Origin: an uncultured Alphaproteobacteria bacterium
Lineage (GTDB): Bacteria > Pseudomonadota > Alphaproteobacteria > Micavibrionales > UBA1664
Direction of reading: 5' to 3'
DNA length: 64,000 nt
Assembly (NCBI GenBank): GCA_943789475.1
Contig: CALSUG010000005.1
Coordinates: forward strand, 205,470 to 269,469
Positions 48,708 to 58,134 of the stretch are shown piece by piece. A program made the position numbers and the translations under genes. Each line of letters starts with the position of its first letter. The first letter of the stretch is position 1. A model generated the notes under the pieces. It saw nothing but the letters and a program-made list of their open reading frames with translations. It searched no databases and had not been told where the DNA came from.

Positions 48708-50274
48708 AATATGGGTTGTTGCCCTTATTATTGTGTTTTATTTGCCATATTCATTGAATGCGAATGATGATAAGGCATGGAATGAAATTGATCGTATTGG
48801 CCTCTATAACTCTATAGAAGAAGGGCAAATTGTCCGTAATATTTGGGAAGATTATACTCAAGAAGAGGCTGTCGAACTTCTTGATAATTTGCCCAATACA
48901 TTGCGTTCACCTGTTTATCGTGATGTTGTGAGGCGTATCCTTTTGTCTAGTGCAAAAACTTCAAAAGAAGAGGTCGACTCCCCTGCTCTATTGGCAAAAC
49001 GGTTATCACTACTTATTCGTTATGGATTATTCGAAGATGCCAAATCACTTTACAGTTTAGCAGTAGAGAAGAATACTCTTTCTCAAGATTACGAACTTGC
49101 TCTTATCGGATTGCAGCTCACGATGCTTAATGGTGATGTCGCACCGATTTGTTTGGATGTTGAAGCCTTTTCGGAACAATTTCGCGATATGCCTGCGTGG
49201 AGAGAATTATCCACGTTTTGTCAATTGCGATTTGGATCGAATAATAAAGTGAGTGTAAAAGAAACATCATTTAAATATTTTCCTATACTAAAAAAGATAC
49301 TGACATCAAAATCTACTACGTTACAAAAAGATCAGAGTGTTTTTGATACATTACTTACTCATTCTAATAATATTGGGATGGAACAAAAATATGACACTAA
49401 TGCACGTGATGTAAAATCGTTAAGTGATCTTGCATTGGCATTGGCCATACAATCACGACATCAATCACAAGAAACATACCAATGTTATGCTGTGGAGGCC
49501 ACAAAGAGAGGGATAAAAGGCGCAAGTTTTTTAAAAGAATCGTATGATAATCATGAATTTTCAAAAGAAATTTTTGATAAGGATAGTGGAAATGTAACAT
49601 TACATCCATGTGATATTCCTGCATTTTTCTACCAAAAATTACAAAAAGATATGACTGAAGAAGATAAGATTATATTAATCTCGGCAATGATGGAGGTAAC
49701 GAAACACATTCCGGATGTAGCGCTTGTCCCTATGTTAGATCAGTTGTCATTTCTTTCTTCGCCCAGTCATCAATGGCGATCAGTATTTGTGCAACCATTA
49801 GTTAAAAAAGATATGAAGGCGACATACGAATCAATTGTTTACCCATTGGAGTATTTACAGAAAGCGAATCGTTTGAATCAAGATGATTACAAAAATTGGT
49901 ACGACGACAAAAATCATCAAAATATTTTAAAGTTATACAATATAGATCCAGCAAGTGTTCTTTATATTTCACGCATACTTAATGGGGATATTGACAAGTT
50001 GAAAGGAAAGAGAAGTGATCAAGATTATGAAAACTTCTTTTCCTTGACATATGAAAAAAAATCGTTAAGTTTAGGGCTAGGTTTTAATGACTATATTGCT
50101 CAAAACCATTCAAATGATAATCATGCGGCAACATTGGTTGAAATGATTGCTCTTGTCGGAAATATTCAACCACAGGAAATGCATTTGAATGATATAGCTG
50201 TGATTTTATCGGCTTTGAAAGCATATAAGTTGGAAAAAAATGCAATTACACTCTCTTTTGAGTATTTGCAATAA
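48691..50274 (+). CDS. hypothetical exported protein (~527 aa), helical-repeat-like
   Basis: A TTG start at 48691 follows AAGAGG. The signal peptide is KIFNKIWVVALIIVFYLPYSLNA|ND. No family recognised. Confidence 0.55.
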   Translation: MKIFNKIWVVALIIVFYLPYSLNANDDKAWNEIDRIGLYNSIEEGQIVRNIWEDYTQEEAVELLDNLPNTLRSPVYRDVVRRILLSSAKTSKEEVDSPALLAKRLSLLIRYGLFEDAKSLYSLAVEKNTLSQDYELALIGLQLTMLNGDVAPICLDVEAFSEQFRDMPAWRELSTFCQLRFGSNNKVSVKETSFKYFPILKKILTSKSTTLQKDQSVFDTLLTHSNNIGMEQKYDTNARDVKSLSDLALALAIQSRHQSQETYQCYAVEATKRGIKGASFLKESYDNHEFSKEIFDKDSGNVTLHPCDIPAFFYQKLQKDMTEEDKIILISAMMEVTKHIPDVALVPMLDQLSFLSSPSHQWRSVFVQPLVKKDMKATYESIVYPLEYLQKANRLNQDDYKNWYDDKNHQNILKLYNIDPASVLYISRILNGDIDKLKGKRSDQDYENFFSLTYEKKSLSLGLGFNDYIAQNHSNDNHAATLVEMIALVGNIQPQEMHLNDIAVILSALKAYKLEKNAITLSFEYLQ

Positions 50275-50344
50275 TAAATAAAATGGTATATGAATAAAAA
50301 GTTATAGATAAAAAATATAGAAAGTCAGTGAAGGAGAATTTAAA

Positions 50345-51331
50345 ATGGCAAGACCAGGACGCCCAGCAAAACCAAGACCTAATGTGTCTAAATGGATTAC
50401 AAGTTACCTCGAAATGTTGGTATCAGAAAAAGGTGCTGCGCAAAATACTGTTGCGGCGTATGATCGTGACCTGATTGATATTGACTTATATATGCAGTCA
50501 CGCAATACAAATGTTGAATCTGCGAAAACAGTGGACATCAAAGCGTACGTTGATGAGTTGACAAATAAAACACAAATTAAAGGTGATCGTGAAAACAAGA
50601 CAACTCCACGCACTGTTGCACGTCGTATTTCCGCCTTACGTCAGTTTTATAAATTCATTATTTCTGAAGGTGTACGTGAAGATGAGCCTACATCAACAAT
50701 TGAAGCACCAAAACAAAAGCGTACATTGCCAAAAATTTTGAGTGAAGCAGAAATTAATCACGCAATCACAACTGCCGGTGCAAAGGGTACGCCTGCATCA
50801 AAACGTTTGGTTTGTTTGTTGGAAATGATTTACTCAACAGGTTTGCGCGTATCAGAACTTGTTGGCCTTCCACTAACAACATACCAACAAGATAGCCAGT
50901 TTATGATTGTTGAAGGTAAAGGTGGACGTGAACGTATGGTTCCACTAACGCCATCGGCACAAAAGGCATTGTCTGATTATGTGGCGACACGTGAACGTTT
51001 TATTGGTGAAGCTGACGATGGTACACAGGCTGCATGGTTGTTTCCATCAAAAACATCAATTTTAGGGCATCTAACACGTCAGCGTTTTGCACAAATGTTG
51101 AAGGACTTGTCAAAAGCGGCTGATTTTCCAATGGGTAAATTGTCGCCACATGCAATCCGTCACTCATTTGCAACCCACTTGTTGAAAAATGGTGCTGATC
51201 TTCGTGCTGTTCAAAAAATGCTTGGGCATGCTGACATTGCAACAACGCAGATTTACACTCAGATGCTGGATGAAGAAGTGAACGAAAAAGTTCAGGAAAA
51301 TCATCCAATGTCAAAGACGGGTACTAAGTAA
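50345..51331 (+). CDS. xerD: site-specific tyrosine recombinase XerD
   Basis: It has an N-terminal SAM-like domain (AAQNTVAAYDRDL) and a catalytic region GLRVSELVGL ... HAIRHSFATHLL ... LGHADIATTQIYT. Confidence 0.8.
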   Translation: MARPGRPAKPRPNVSKWITSYLEMLVSEKGAAQNTVAAYDRDLIDIDLYMQSRNTNVESAKTVDIKAYVDELTNKTQIKGDRENKTTPRTVARRISALRQFYKFIISEGVREDEPTSTIEAPKQKRTLPKILSEAEINHAITTAGAKGTPASKRLVCLLEMIYSTGLRVSELVGLPLTTYQQDSQFMIVEGKGGRERMVPLTPSAQKALSDYVATRERFIGEADDGTQAAWLFPSKTSILGHLTRQRFAQMLKDLSKAADFPMGKLSPHAIRHSFATHLLKNGADLRAVQKMLGHADIATTQIYTQMLDEEVNEKVQENHPMSKTGTK

Positions 51332-51370
51332 ATTATTTTTCGCTTGGGGAAGTGAGAATATAATATCTAC

Positions 51371-51404
51371 AAATCCTCACCAATAATGGTGAGGATTTTG
51401 TTTT
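51371..51404 (+). terminator. rho-independent terminator after xerD
   Basis: A 12-bp perfect stem aaatcctcacca/tggtgaggattt (51371-82 / 51387-98) has a 4-nt loop and is followed by tgtttt. Confidence 0.65.
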
Positions 51405-51456
51405 GCATCATTGTGCAATTTTCGGTATATCTATCACATATAAAAATAAGAAGAGA

Positions 51457-52411
51457 ATGAATATCATGATGGCTTTAGAATTTGAAAAACCTGTATTGGA
51501 ATTAGAAGCAAAAATTAACGAACTGCAAAATATGTCTGGTGATGCTGGATTTAATATTGCGGATGAGGTTTCACGCTTATCTACAAAATCTAAAAAATTG
51601 TTGACGCAAACATATTCTAAATTAACAGCGGCGCAAAAGGTTCAAGTTGCACGTCATCCAGAACGACCACATTTGAGTGATTATATAAAGAACATGATCA
51701 CTGATTTTACACCACTGGCGGGGTGATCGGAATTTTGGTGAAGATGCAGCTTTAGTTGGTGGTTTAGGGCGTCTTAATGGTCGATCTGTTATTGTTATGG
51801 GGCAGGAAAAAGGCGCTGATACAACGTCACGTATTCATCATAACTTTGGTATGGCTCGTCCAGAGGGATATCGTAAGGCACAACGTTTAATGCACATGGC
51901 TAATCAGTTCAAAATTCCAGTAGTGACACTTGTTGATACTGCAGGTGCGTACCCAGGTGTCGGTGCAGAAGAGCGAGGACAATCAGAAGCAATTGCGAAA
52001 TCTGTAGAAACATGCCTTCGTATGGGAGTTCCTATCATTTCAACAATTATTGGTGAAGGTGGATCTGGTGGTGCGATAGCTATTGCAACTGGTAACAAAG
52101 TTTATATGTTAGAACATTCAATCTATTCTGTGATTTCACCAGAAGGTTGTGCATCTATTTTATGGCGTAGTGCAGATTACGCAAAAGATGCAGCTGAAGC
52201 TTTAAAGCTAACGGCTCAGGACATGAAGAAAAACAAACTTATTGATAATATTATTGCGGAACCAACGGGGGGCGCACATCGTGATCATGATACAACAATT
52301 GTATCTGTAACAAATCAAATTGAAAAAGGGTTGTCTGAATTTGATGGAATGAATGCAGAGCAGTTAATTCAGCATCGCCGTGAAAAATTCTTGGCCATGG
52401 GGCGCGTTTAA
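51457..52411 (+). pseudogene. accA: acetyl-CoA carboxylase carboxyltransferase alpha subunit, interrupted by a 1-nt frameshift (possibly an assembly artefact)
   Basis: ORF 51403..51726 (...LEFEKPVLELEAKI...HPERPHLSDYI...TPLAG*) and ORF 51797..52411 (...MGQEKG...[13 protein letters not shown]...) are one AccA. The missing link [24 protein letters not shown] is in the +1 frame right after GGG 51721-23. Confidence 0.8.
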
Positions 52412-52453
52412 TCACACGTTGCAAAAATTATATTTAATAGTATCATCGATATC

Positions 52454-52738
52454 ATGTTAGAAACTGATTTTGATATTAAACGTATCCGTAAATGCCAACT
52501 ATTAACATCTGATGATGGTATTCAAATGATTCAATTTATTGCCACAGGTGATAAGCATCAGATGATGAAGCAGGATGATGGATCAATTCAAATGGTTAAA
52601 CTAGCTGAACAAGGTAAAGATTATAAATATCATGACCCAAAACCATTGAATGAAGCGTTATCTATTCTTGATAAAGGTGCCTTCCCTACTCATGAAGGTA
52701 TTGCAAACCAAATTCGTAGTGATTTAGGTCTTATCTAA
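52454..52738 (+). CDS. hypothetical protein (94 aa)
   Basis: ORF only. No SD and no motif recognised. Confidence 0.35.
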   Translation: MLETDFDIKRIRKCQLLTSDDGIQMIQFIATGDKHQMMKQDDGSIQMVKLAEQGKDYKYHDPKPLNEALSILDKGAFPTHEGIANQIRSDLGLI

Positions 52739-52739
52739 A

Positions 52740-54572
52740 TTAAGAATAGGAAGTTTTTTCTTCTAATTCTAACAATTCAAACTCTTTATCTTCTTTTTCT
52801 CGTTTTTTACGATCTAATTTTTCAGCGGCTTTATTAAAGGCCTTGGGATCACGTGTGTAGAAATCAGGATCTGCGAGTTGTTTGGAAAGAGCCTCAATTT
52901 CAGGAGTTAATGCACTTATTTCTTTTGGTAAATTTTCTAATGCATATTTATCTTTGAAGGTTAACTTCCCCTTTTCTTTTTTATTTTCAACAGGTTGAGT
53001 TTTCACCTTTTCTGCATTTTTTAACGGCTTTACGATTTCTTTTTTATTTTTATTTTTGAATTCAAGATAATCACTATACCCGCCGATAATGTGTTCAACT
53101 TTCCCTTGTCCTTCAAACGCCAAAATTTGAGTTACCGTTTGATCAAGAAAATCACGGTCATGCGATACGATGAACAATGTTCCATCATAATTAGCGATGA
53201 TTTCTTCCAGCATTTCCATTGTTTCCATGTCGAGGTCGTTTGTTGGTTCGTCCAATACAAGAATGTGCCCTGGATCAGCCAAAATTTTGGCCAGCATTAG
53301 TCGATTTTTTTGCCCTCCGGACAATGTTGCGACCTTGTCATCCGCACGCGATGGATCAAACAAAAATTGTTTTAAATACCCGCGCACATGACGCATATTC
53401 CCCATTACCTCAATATGATCACCACCATCAGGTAACAAATTACGAATCAAACTTTTTTCAGGATCTAAATCACCACGTTTTTGGTCGAAATAGCTTATAT
53501 TCAAATTTTTAGCGAGCTTGATTGTTCCTTTGTCAGGTGCATCCGTACCTAACATCATTTTCAAAAATGATGTTTTACCCGCGCCATTTTTGCCCAATAC
53601 ACCAATACGATCTTTACGCATTACGCGAAAATTAAAATGATCTAGAATGATTTTTTTACCATCATCATATGATTTACAAACTTGCTTAAACTCACAAATG
53701 ACCTTCGACGATACCGCTGTCGATATCTGTGGCAATTCTATTTTGTTTGTTACACGGCGAAATGACGATTGATCCTTCTTTAATTGCTCACGCATCTCGC
53801 GTACACGTGCGACACGTGCTACATTGCGTTTTACACGAGCCTTCACGCCTCTATTCGCCCATTCGCTCTCCTGCTCTACATATTTTGCACGATTATGTAG
53901 TTCACGGCGTTCCTGCTCTAACAACTCTTCCGACCATTGTTCAAAATGCGAAAACCCTTTTGGACAAATGCGAATACGGCCGCGATCTAGCCAAAAAACA
54001 CGGTTGGATACATTCTCAAGGAACTTTTTATCATGAGAGACAATAAGCAAGGCTCCTTGCCACCCTTTAAGAAAATCCTCTAACCATTCAATGACTTCTA
54101 GATCTAAATGGTTTGTTGGTTCATCGAGTAATAGAATTTCAGGTTCATGCACCAGTGCACGTGCCAATGCTGCACGACGTAATTGTCCACCCGATAACAC
54201 TGTCATTTGTGCCTGTTTGTCCAACCCTAATGGTTCACAAACCATATCAACACGGTATTCATACAGGGATTTTTCATCTTCTGTTTCAGCGGCAATACCA
54301 TCAAAAACATAATCAAAAACTGTTTGATCAACTTGTGGGACAACATCTTGTTCAAGATATCCGATGTTCACGCCTGCAAACTGCCAACGCTCACCACCAT
54401 CTAACTGTAGTTTGTCAGTAATAATGTTCATTAATGTTGATTTGCCAGCACCATTACGACCCACAAGGGATATACGTTCACCGTCTTTAATATGAAACGT
54501 TAGACCATCAAAAATAACCTTGCCGTTAAAGGCAATCATCGCATCGGAAACGGATAATAATAAATCAGACAT
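52740..54572 (-). CDS. ABC-F family ATPase (Uup-like, C-terminal coiled coil)
   Basis: It has two ABC cassettes (GRNGAGKST / LSGGQLRRAALA / LLLDEPTNHLD and GKNGAGKTS / LSGGQKNRLMLA / LVLDEPTNDLD) and no TM domain. The start is taken at ATG 54572; the track start at 54590 is TTG. Confidence 0.85.
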   Translation of the reverse strand: MSDLLLSVSDAMIAFNGKVIFDGLTFHIKDGERISLVGRNGAGKSTLMNIITDKLQLDGGERWQFAGVNIGYLEQDVVPQVDQTVFDYVFDGIAAETEDEKSLYEYRVDMVCEPLGLDKQAQMTVLSGGQLRRAALARALVHEPEILLLDEPTNHLDLEVIEWLEDFLKGWQGALLIVSHDKKFLENVSNRVFWLDRGRIRICPKGFSHFEQWSEELLEQERRELHNRAKYVEQESEWANRGVKARVKRNVARVARVREMREQLKKDQSSFRRVTNKIELPQISTAVSSKVICEFKQVCKSYDDGKKIILDHFNFRVMRKDRIGVLGKNGAGKTSFLKMMLGTDAPDKGTIKLAKNLNISYFDQKRGDLDPEKSLIRNLLPDGGDHIEVMGNMRHVRGYLKQFLFDPSRADDKVATLSGGQKNRLMLAKILADPGHILVLDEPTNDLDMETMEMLEEIIANYDGTLFIVSHDRDFLDQTVTQILAFEGQGKVEHIIGGYSDYLEFKNKNKKEIVKPLKNAEKVKTQPVENKKEKGKLTFKDKYALENLPKEISALTPEIEALSKQLADPDFYTRDPKAFNKAAEKLDRKKREKEDKEFELLELEEKTSYS

Positions 54573-54585
54573 GTAAGGGCTTATA

Positions 54586-54616
54586 AACAAAAAAACCCCT
54601 CTTTACCAGAGGGGCT
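54586..54616 (-). terminator. rho-independent terminator of the small-lipoprotein genes
   Basis: The minus strand reads GCCCCTCT-GGTAA-AGAGGGG followed by TTTTTTTGTT (stem 54596-54602 / 54608-54614). Confidence 0.7.
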
Positions 54617-54642
54617 TTCTAATTCTTAATTAAAGAACAATA

Positions 54643-54831
54643 TTACTTGCGGTAGCAAGCTTTATTCATTGATTCTAAACGTGCTACACGCTCGTGGCAT
54701 GCTGCGATTTGTGCAGAAACATCACTGCCTGCTGTGCGGCTTGATGAACCTTGGTAGTCATTTGTTGCTGCACATGCTGAAAGACCAGCAAGGCCTGCGA
54801 TTAATACTGCTGTTTGTGCGAATTTTTTCAT
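54643..54831 (-). CDS. small lipoprotein (62 aa), ...CYRK family paralog A
   Basis: AAGGAG SD is present. The signal plus lipobox is MKKFAQTAVLIAGLAGLSAC, and the C-terminus is C-x17-CYRK. Confidence 0.7.
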   Translation of the reverse strand: MKKFAQTAVLIAGLAGLSACAATNDYQGSSSRTAGSDVSAQIAACHERVARLESMNKACYRK

Positions 54832-54858
54832 GTTTAATACTCCTTAGTTAAATTTGAA

Positions 54859-55095
54859 TTACTTGCGGTAACAAGATTTGTTCATTGCAAGAAGGCGATT
54901 TTCACGTTCTTGACACATTTTTAATGCATCCATGTCTGCGCGGCTTACTGTGTTTCTTACTGGTGCAGAAACTGGTGCTACATCATTGTCACCTGCTGTA
55001 CGTGAACCGTATGGTGTCCATACGTCGTTGTTAGCACATGCTGAAAGACCTACTAAACCAGCAACTAGTACTGCTATTTGTGCGAATTTTTTCAT
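54859..55095 (-). CDS. small lipoprotein (78 aa), ...CYRK family paralog B
   Basis: AAGGAG SD is present. The start is at ATG 55095 (MKKFAQIAVLVAGLVGLSAC), and the C-terminus MCQERENRLLAMNKSCYRK parallels paralog A. The track extension to 55152 is rejected. Confidence 0.7.
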   Translation of the reverse strand: MKKFAQIAVLVAGLVGLSACANNDVWTPYGSRTAGDNDVAPVSAPVRNTVSRADMDALKMCQERENRLLAMNKSCYRK

Positions 55096-55212
55096 CGGGT
55101 TACTCCTTTTTTGATTCAATTGCATACTTACAATGCCAAAATTCACCAACAATGCAATGGATTTTTTGATTTTTCGCCTTATTTTTCATACCTTTTATGA
55201 TATTTATGCAAC

Positions 55213-55941
55213 ATGATTACAATTTATGATGATGGTATTTTCAATAATTCACACCTCGTGAAAACATTACAATCACTATATGATGCTCCTGTTACATTGT
55301 GTACGTCATCTATGATTATTGATGGTTATCTTGATGATCAAAAATTACTTATTATGCCTGGTGGTGCTGATCTTTATTTTTGTGAAAAATTAAATGGTTT
55401 GGGTAATCAGTGCATAAAAGATTTTGTCGCGAGTGGAGGTTCTTATCTTGGCATTTGCGCCGGTGCATATTATGCCTGCTCCAATCTTGATTGGGGATGT
55501 GGAGAGATCGCGGGCACGCGCGAATTATCATTTTATAATGAAAAAGCAACAGGTCCAGTTTATGAGTGGATCGAAAACGGAGAAAATCTTTATGAGGGTT
55601 CATGGATAAAAGCGGTTGAAATTGAAACATCTGAAGAACAAATTTTCTTAACTCAATATAATGGTGGTCCTGTTTTTGAAATGTGCGACGATACAAAGAT
55701 TATCGCTGAATACACTGATTTAAAGGGTAAACCACCGGCAATAGTTGCGGGGAAATATGGTCAAGGACAATATATATTATCCTCCCCCCATATAGAAAAA
55801 TTTGGATATTCCTTGTCTGATGGATTATATAAACACCTCAATAATTCATATGAATGGGAGAAAAAAGAAATCGATAAGCTCTTAAATCACACAGAGCAAC
55901 AAAAAGAGTTTTTTAAAACTATCATCGATCGACTTTTATAA
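55213..55941 (+). CDS. BPL_N-like (class I glutamine-amidotransferase-fold) protein, paralog 1
   Basis: LLIMPGGADLYF...FVASGGSYLGICAGAYYAC...YNGGPVF...SSPHIE fits my recollection of the biotin-protein-ligase N-terminal domain pattern. No ligase domain is present. Confidence 0.55.
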   Translation: MITIYDDGIFNNSHLVKTLQSLYDAPVTLCTSSMIIDGYLDDQKLLIMPGGADLYFCEKLNGLGNQCIKDFVASGGSYLGICAGAYYACSNLDWGCGEIAGTRELSFYNEKATGPVYEWIENGENLYEGSWIKAVEIETSEEQIFLTQYNGGPVFEMCDDTKIIAEYTDLKGKPPAIVAGKYGQGQYILSSPHIEKFGYSLSDGLYKHLNNSYEWEKKEIDKLLNHTEQQKEFFKTIIDRLL

Positions 55942-55951
55942 ATAAAGACTA

Positions 55952-56731
55952 ATGAATAAAACGAAAGCAATCCTCATATATAATGATGCGGACAGTAAAA
56001 CTTGTTCTGCAGAATTGTCACTAGCATTACGAAACACGTTCAAACATTGTGATAATGTCGCGATTATGCATAGTGACCGTCATCACCTTGTGCGTAATAT
56101 AAACGAATTAAACCCCGATATTATTGTGTTGCCCGAGATAAAGGGTGAGGAAAGTTTCTATAGTCGCCATATACCTATTGAGACACGTAACCGTATAAAA
56201 TCACATGTTGAAAATGGTTCAATGCTTGTTTCTTTTTGTGCTGGTGCCTACTGGATGGCGGAGCAAATAACCTATCATCCTCCAAAAGGTATTACAAAAA
56301 TGAGAGATGGAGTCCATGTGTTTAACGCAGCAGCAATTAAGGCATTTGGGCCCGTGTCAGGATATTGGAGGTCGTCGAACGGAAAAGAAGATTTGGGTGG
56401 GTGTATACCAGTTCCGTTACGAGTGAATACAGTTAACGGAACACAAAATGAAACTGTGTGGTACGGTAATGGACCTGCATTTTACCCCCTAAAAAATAAG
56501 CTTCCTGAAAATATTGAAATATTAGCAGAATATCGTGATGTTGAAGAATACCCTATTGCTGCCTTTGCCTTACGACATGGCCAAGGGCAATATTTAGCCT
56601 CAGGCCCTCTTGCTCACTATCATCGTGCACCAGTCCGATCAAACAATTACCTGTGGAGTGTTATTACACATCGCATGCACCAACATTTATTTGCCAAACC
56701 CAAGGTCGATATGGTATGTGTCCCCGCATGA
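55952..56731 (+). CDS. BPL_N-like protein, paralog 2 (more divergent)
   Basis: It has SMLVSFCAGAYWMAEQ, YGNGPAFY and GQGQYLASGPLAHY. The stop overlaps the trmFO start (ATGA at 56728-31). Confidence 0.5.
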   Translation: MNKTKAILIYNDADSKTCSAELSLALRNTFKHCDNVAIMHSDRHHLVRNINELNPDIIVLPEIKGEESFYSRHIPIETRNRIKSHVENGSMLVSFCAGAYWMAEQITYHPPKGITKMRDGVHVFNAAAIKAFGPVSGYWRSSNGKEDLGGCIPVPLRVNTVNGTQNETVWYGNGPAFYPLKNKLPENIEILAEYRDVEEYPIAAFALRHGQGQYLASGPLAHYHRAPVRSNNYLWSVITHRMHQHLFAKPKVDMVCVPA

Positions 56732-58117
56732 CACAAGATATAAAAGCAGATTTAAAACCTATTCATATTATTGGCGGCGGCATGGCCGGATCGGAAGCCG
56801 CATGGCAGGCCGCAAATATGGGGTGTACCCGTTATATTGCATGAAATGCGCCCCGTTCGTAAAACGGATGCCCATCAAACGGATAGCTTGGCTGAACTTG
56901 TTTGTTCAAACAGTTTCCGCAGTGACGATCACACCGCCAACGCGGTAGGTGTTTTGCACGAGGAAATGCGTATGTGCGATTCCTTGATTATTTCAACAGC
57001 GGACAAACATGCTGTACCCGCTGGTGGTGCGTTGGCCGTTGATCGAGTAAATTTTTCAAAAGAAATAACCGAAACGCTGGATAATCACCCACTCATCACG
57101 ATCGACCGCACGGAAGTAACCGAAATACCAGAGGAATGGGATAGTGTTATTATCGCCACAGGTCCCCTCACCTCCGATCCACTGGCCGACTGGATTAAAT
57201 CACAAACTGGGGAGGAAGAATTAGCGTTCTTTGATGCGCTTGCCCCGATCGTGCATAAAGAGTCTATCGACATGTCCAAGGCGTGGATGCAATCACGCTA
57301 TGATAAGGTAACAGCCCACGGCAATGGTAAAGATTATATCAATTGCCCAATGACAAAGGATCAATATTATACATTTATTGAAGCGTTAATTGCCGCGGAC
57401 AAAATGGAATTTAAAGAATGGGAAAAAAACACTCCCTATTTCGAAGGATGCATGCCAATTGAAGTAATGGCAGAACGCGGCCCACAAACATTGTCATTTG
57501 GCCCGATGAAACCTGTCGGTTTAACCAATCCTCATAGTGAAGAACAACCATACGCCGTCGTACAATTACGCCAAGACAACGCACTAGGCACTTTGTTTAA
57601 CATTGTTGGTTTCCAGACAAAGATGAAATACGGCGCGCAGGTCGAAGTCTTTCGCACTATCCCTGGATTAGAAAATGCTGAGTTTGCCCGCCTTGGCGGT
57701 ATTCACCGTAATACATTTATTAATTCACCTAAATTGTTGGATGGTACATTACGCCTAAACAACAATACCAACATTCGTTTTGCCGGCCAAATAACAGGTT
57801 GTGAAGGATATGTTGAAAGTGCATCCGTTGGATTAATGGTTGGACGCTTCGCGGCAAGCGAACGTTTGGGGCAAGATATTACAATTCCACCGGAAACAAC
57901 CGCGATGGGATCACTCATCAATCACATTACAGGCGGTGCAAATGCGGATACGTTCCAACCTATGAATATTAATTTTGGTTTGATGCCATTAATGGATGTT
58001 CGTAATGAACGCGGTAAACGTGTCAAAGGGATAGAGCGTAAAAAGGCTATGGCGAAACGCGCATTAGATGATATGCGTGAGTGGTTGAACGTTCAGGATA
58101 TGTCTGACGCCGCGTAA
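56728..58117 (+). pseudogene. trmFO: methylenetetrahydrofolate--tRNA-(uracil54-C5)-methyltransferase TrmFO, interrupted by a 1-nt frameshift (possibly an assembly artefact)
   Basis: The N-terminus [32 protein letters not shown] (frame of ORF 56653) continues as [34 protein letters not shown] in ORF 56771..58117. The junction is at GGG 56821-23. Confidence 0.8.
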
Positions 58118-58134
58118 AACATCTTGATTTTGCC

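Noticed and set aside
51721-51726. The possibility that UGA is reassigned (for example to Trp, as in some reduced alphaproteobacterial symbionts), which would explain the apparent stop in accA.
   Set aside because: Reading through the UGA in the zero frame gives non-AccA sequence and meets further stops within about 20 codons. The conserved AccA sequence is in the +1 frame. Many genes in the window also terminate cleanly on TGA.
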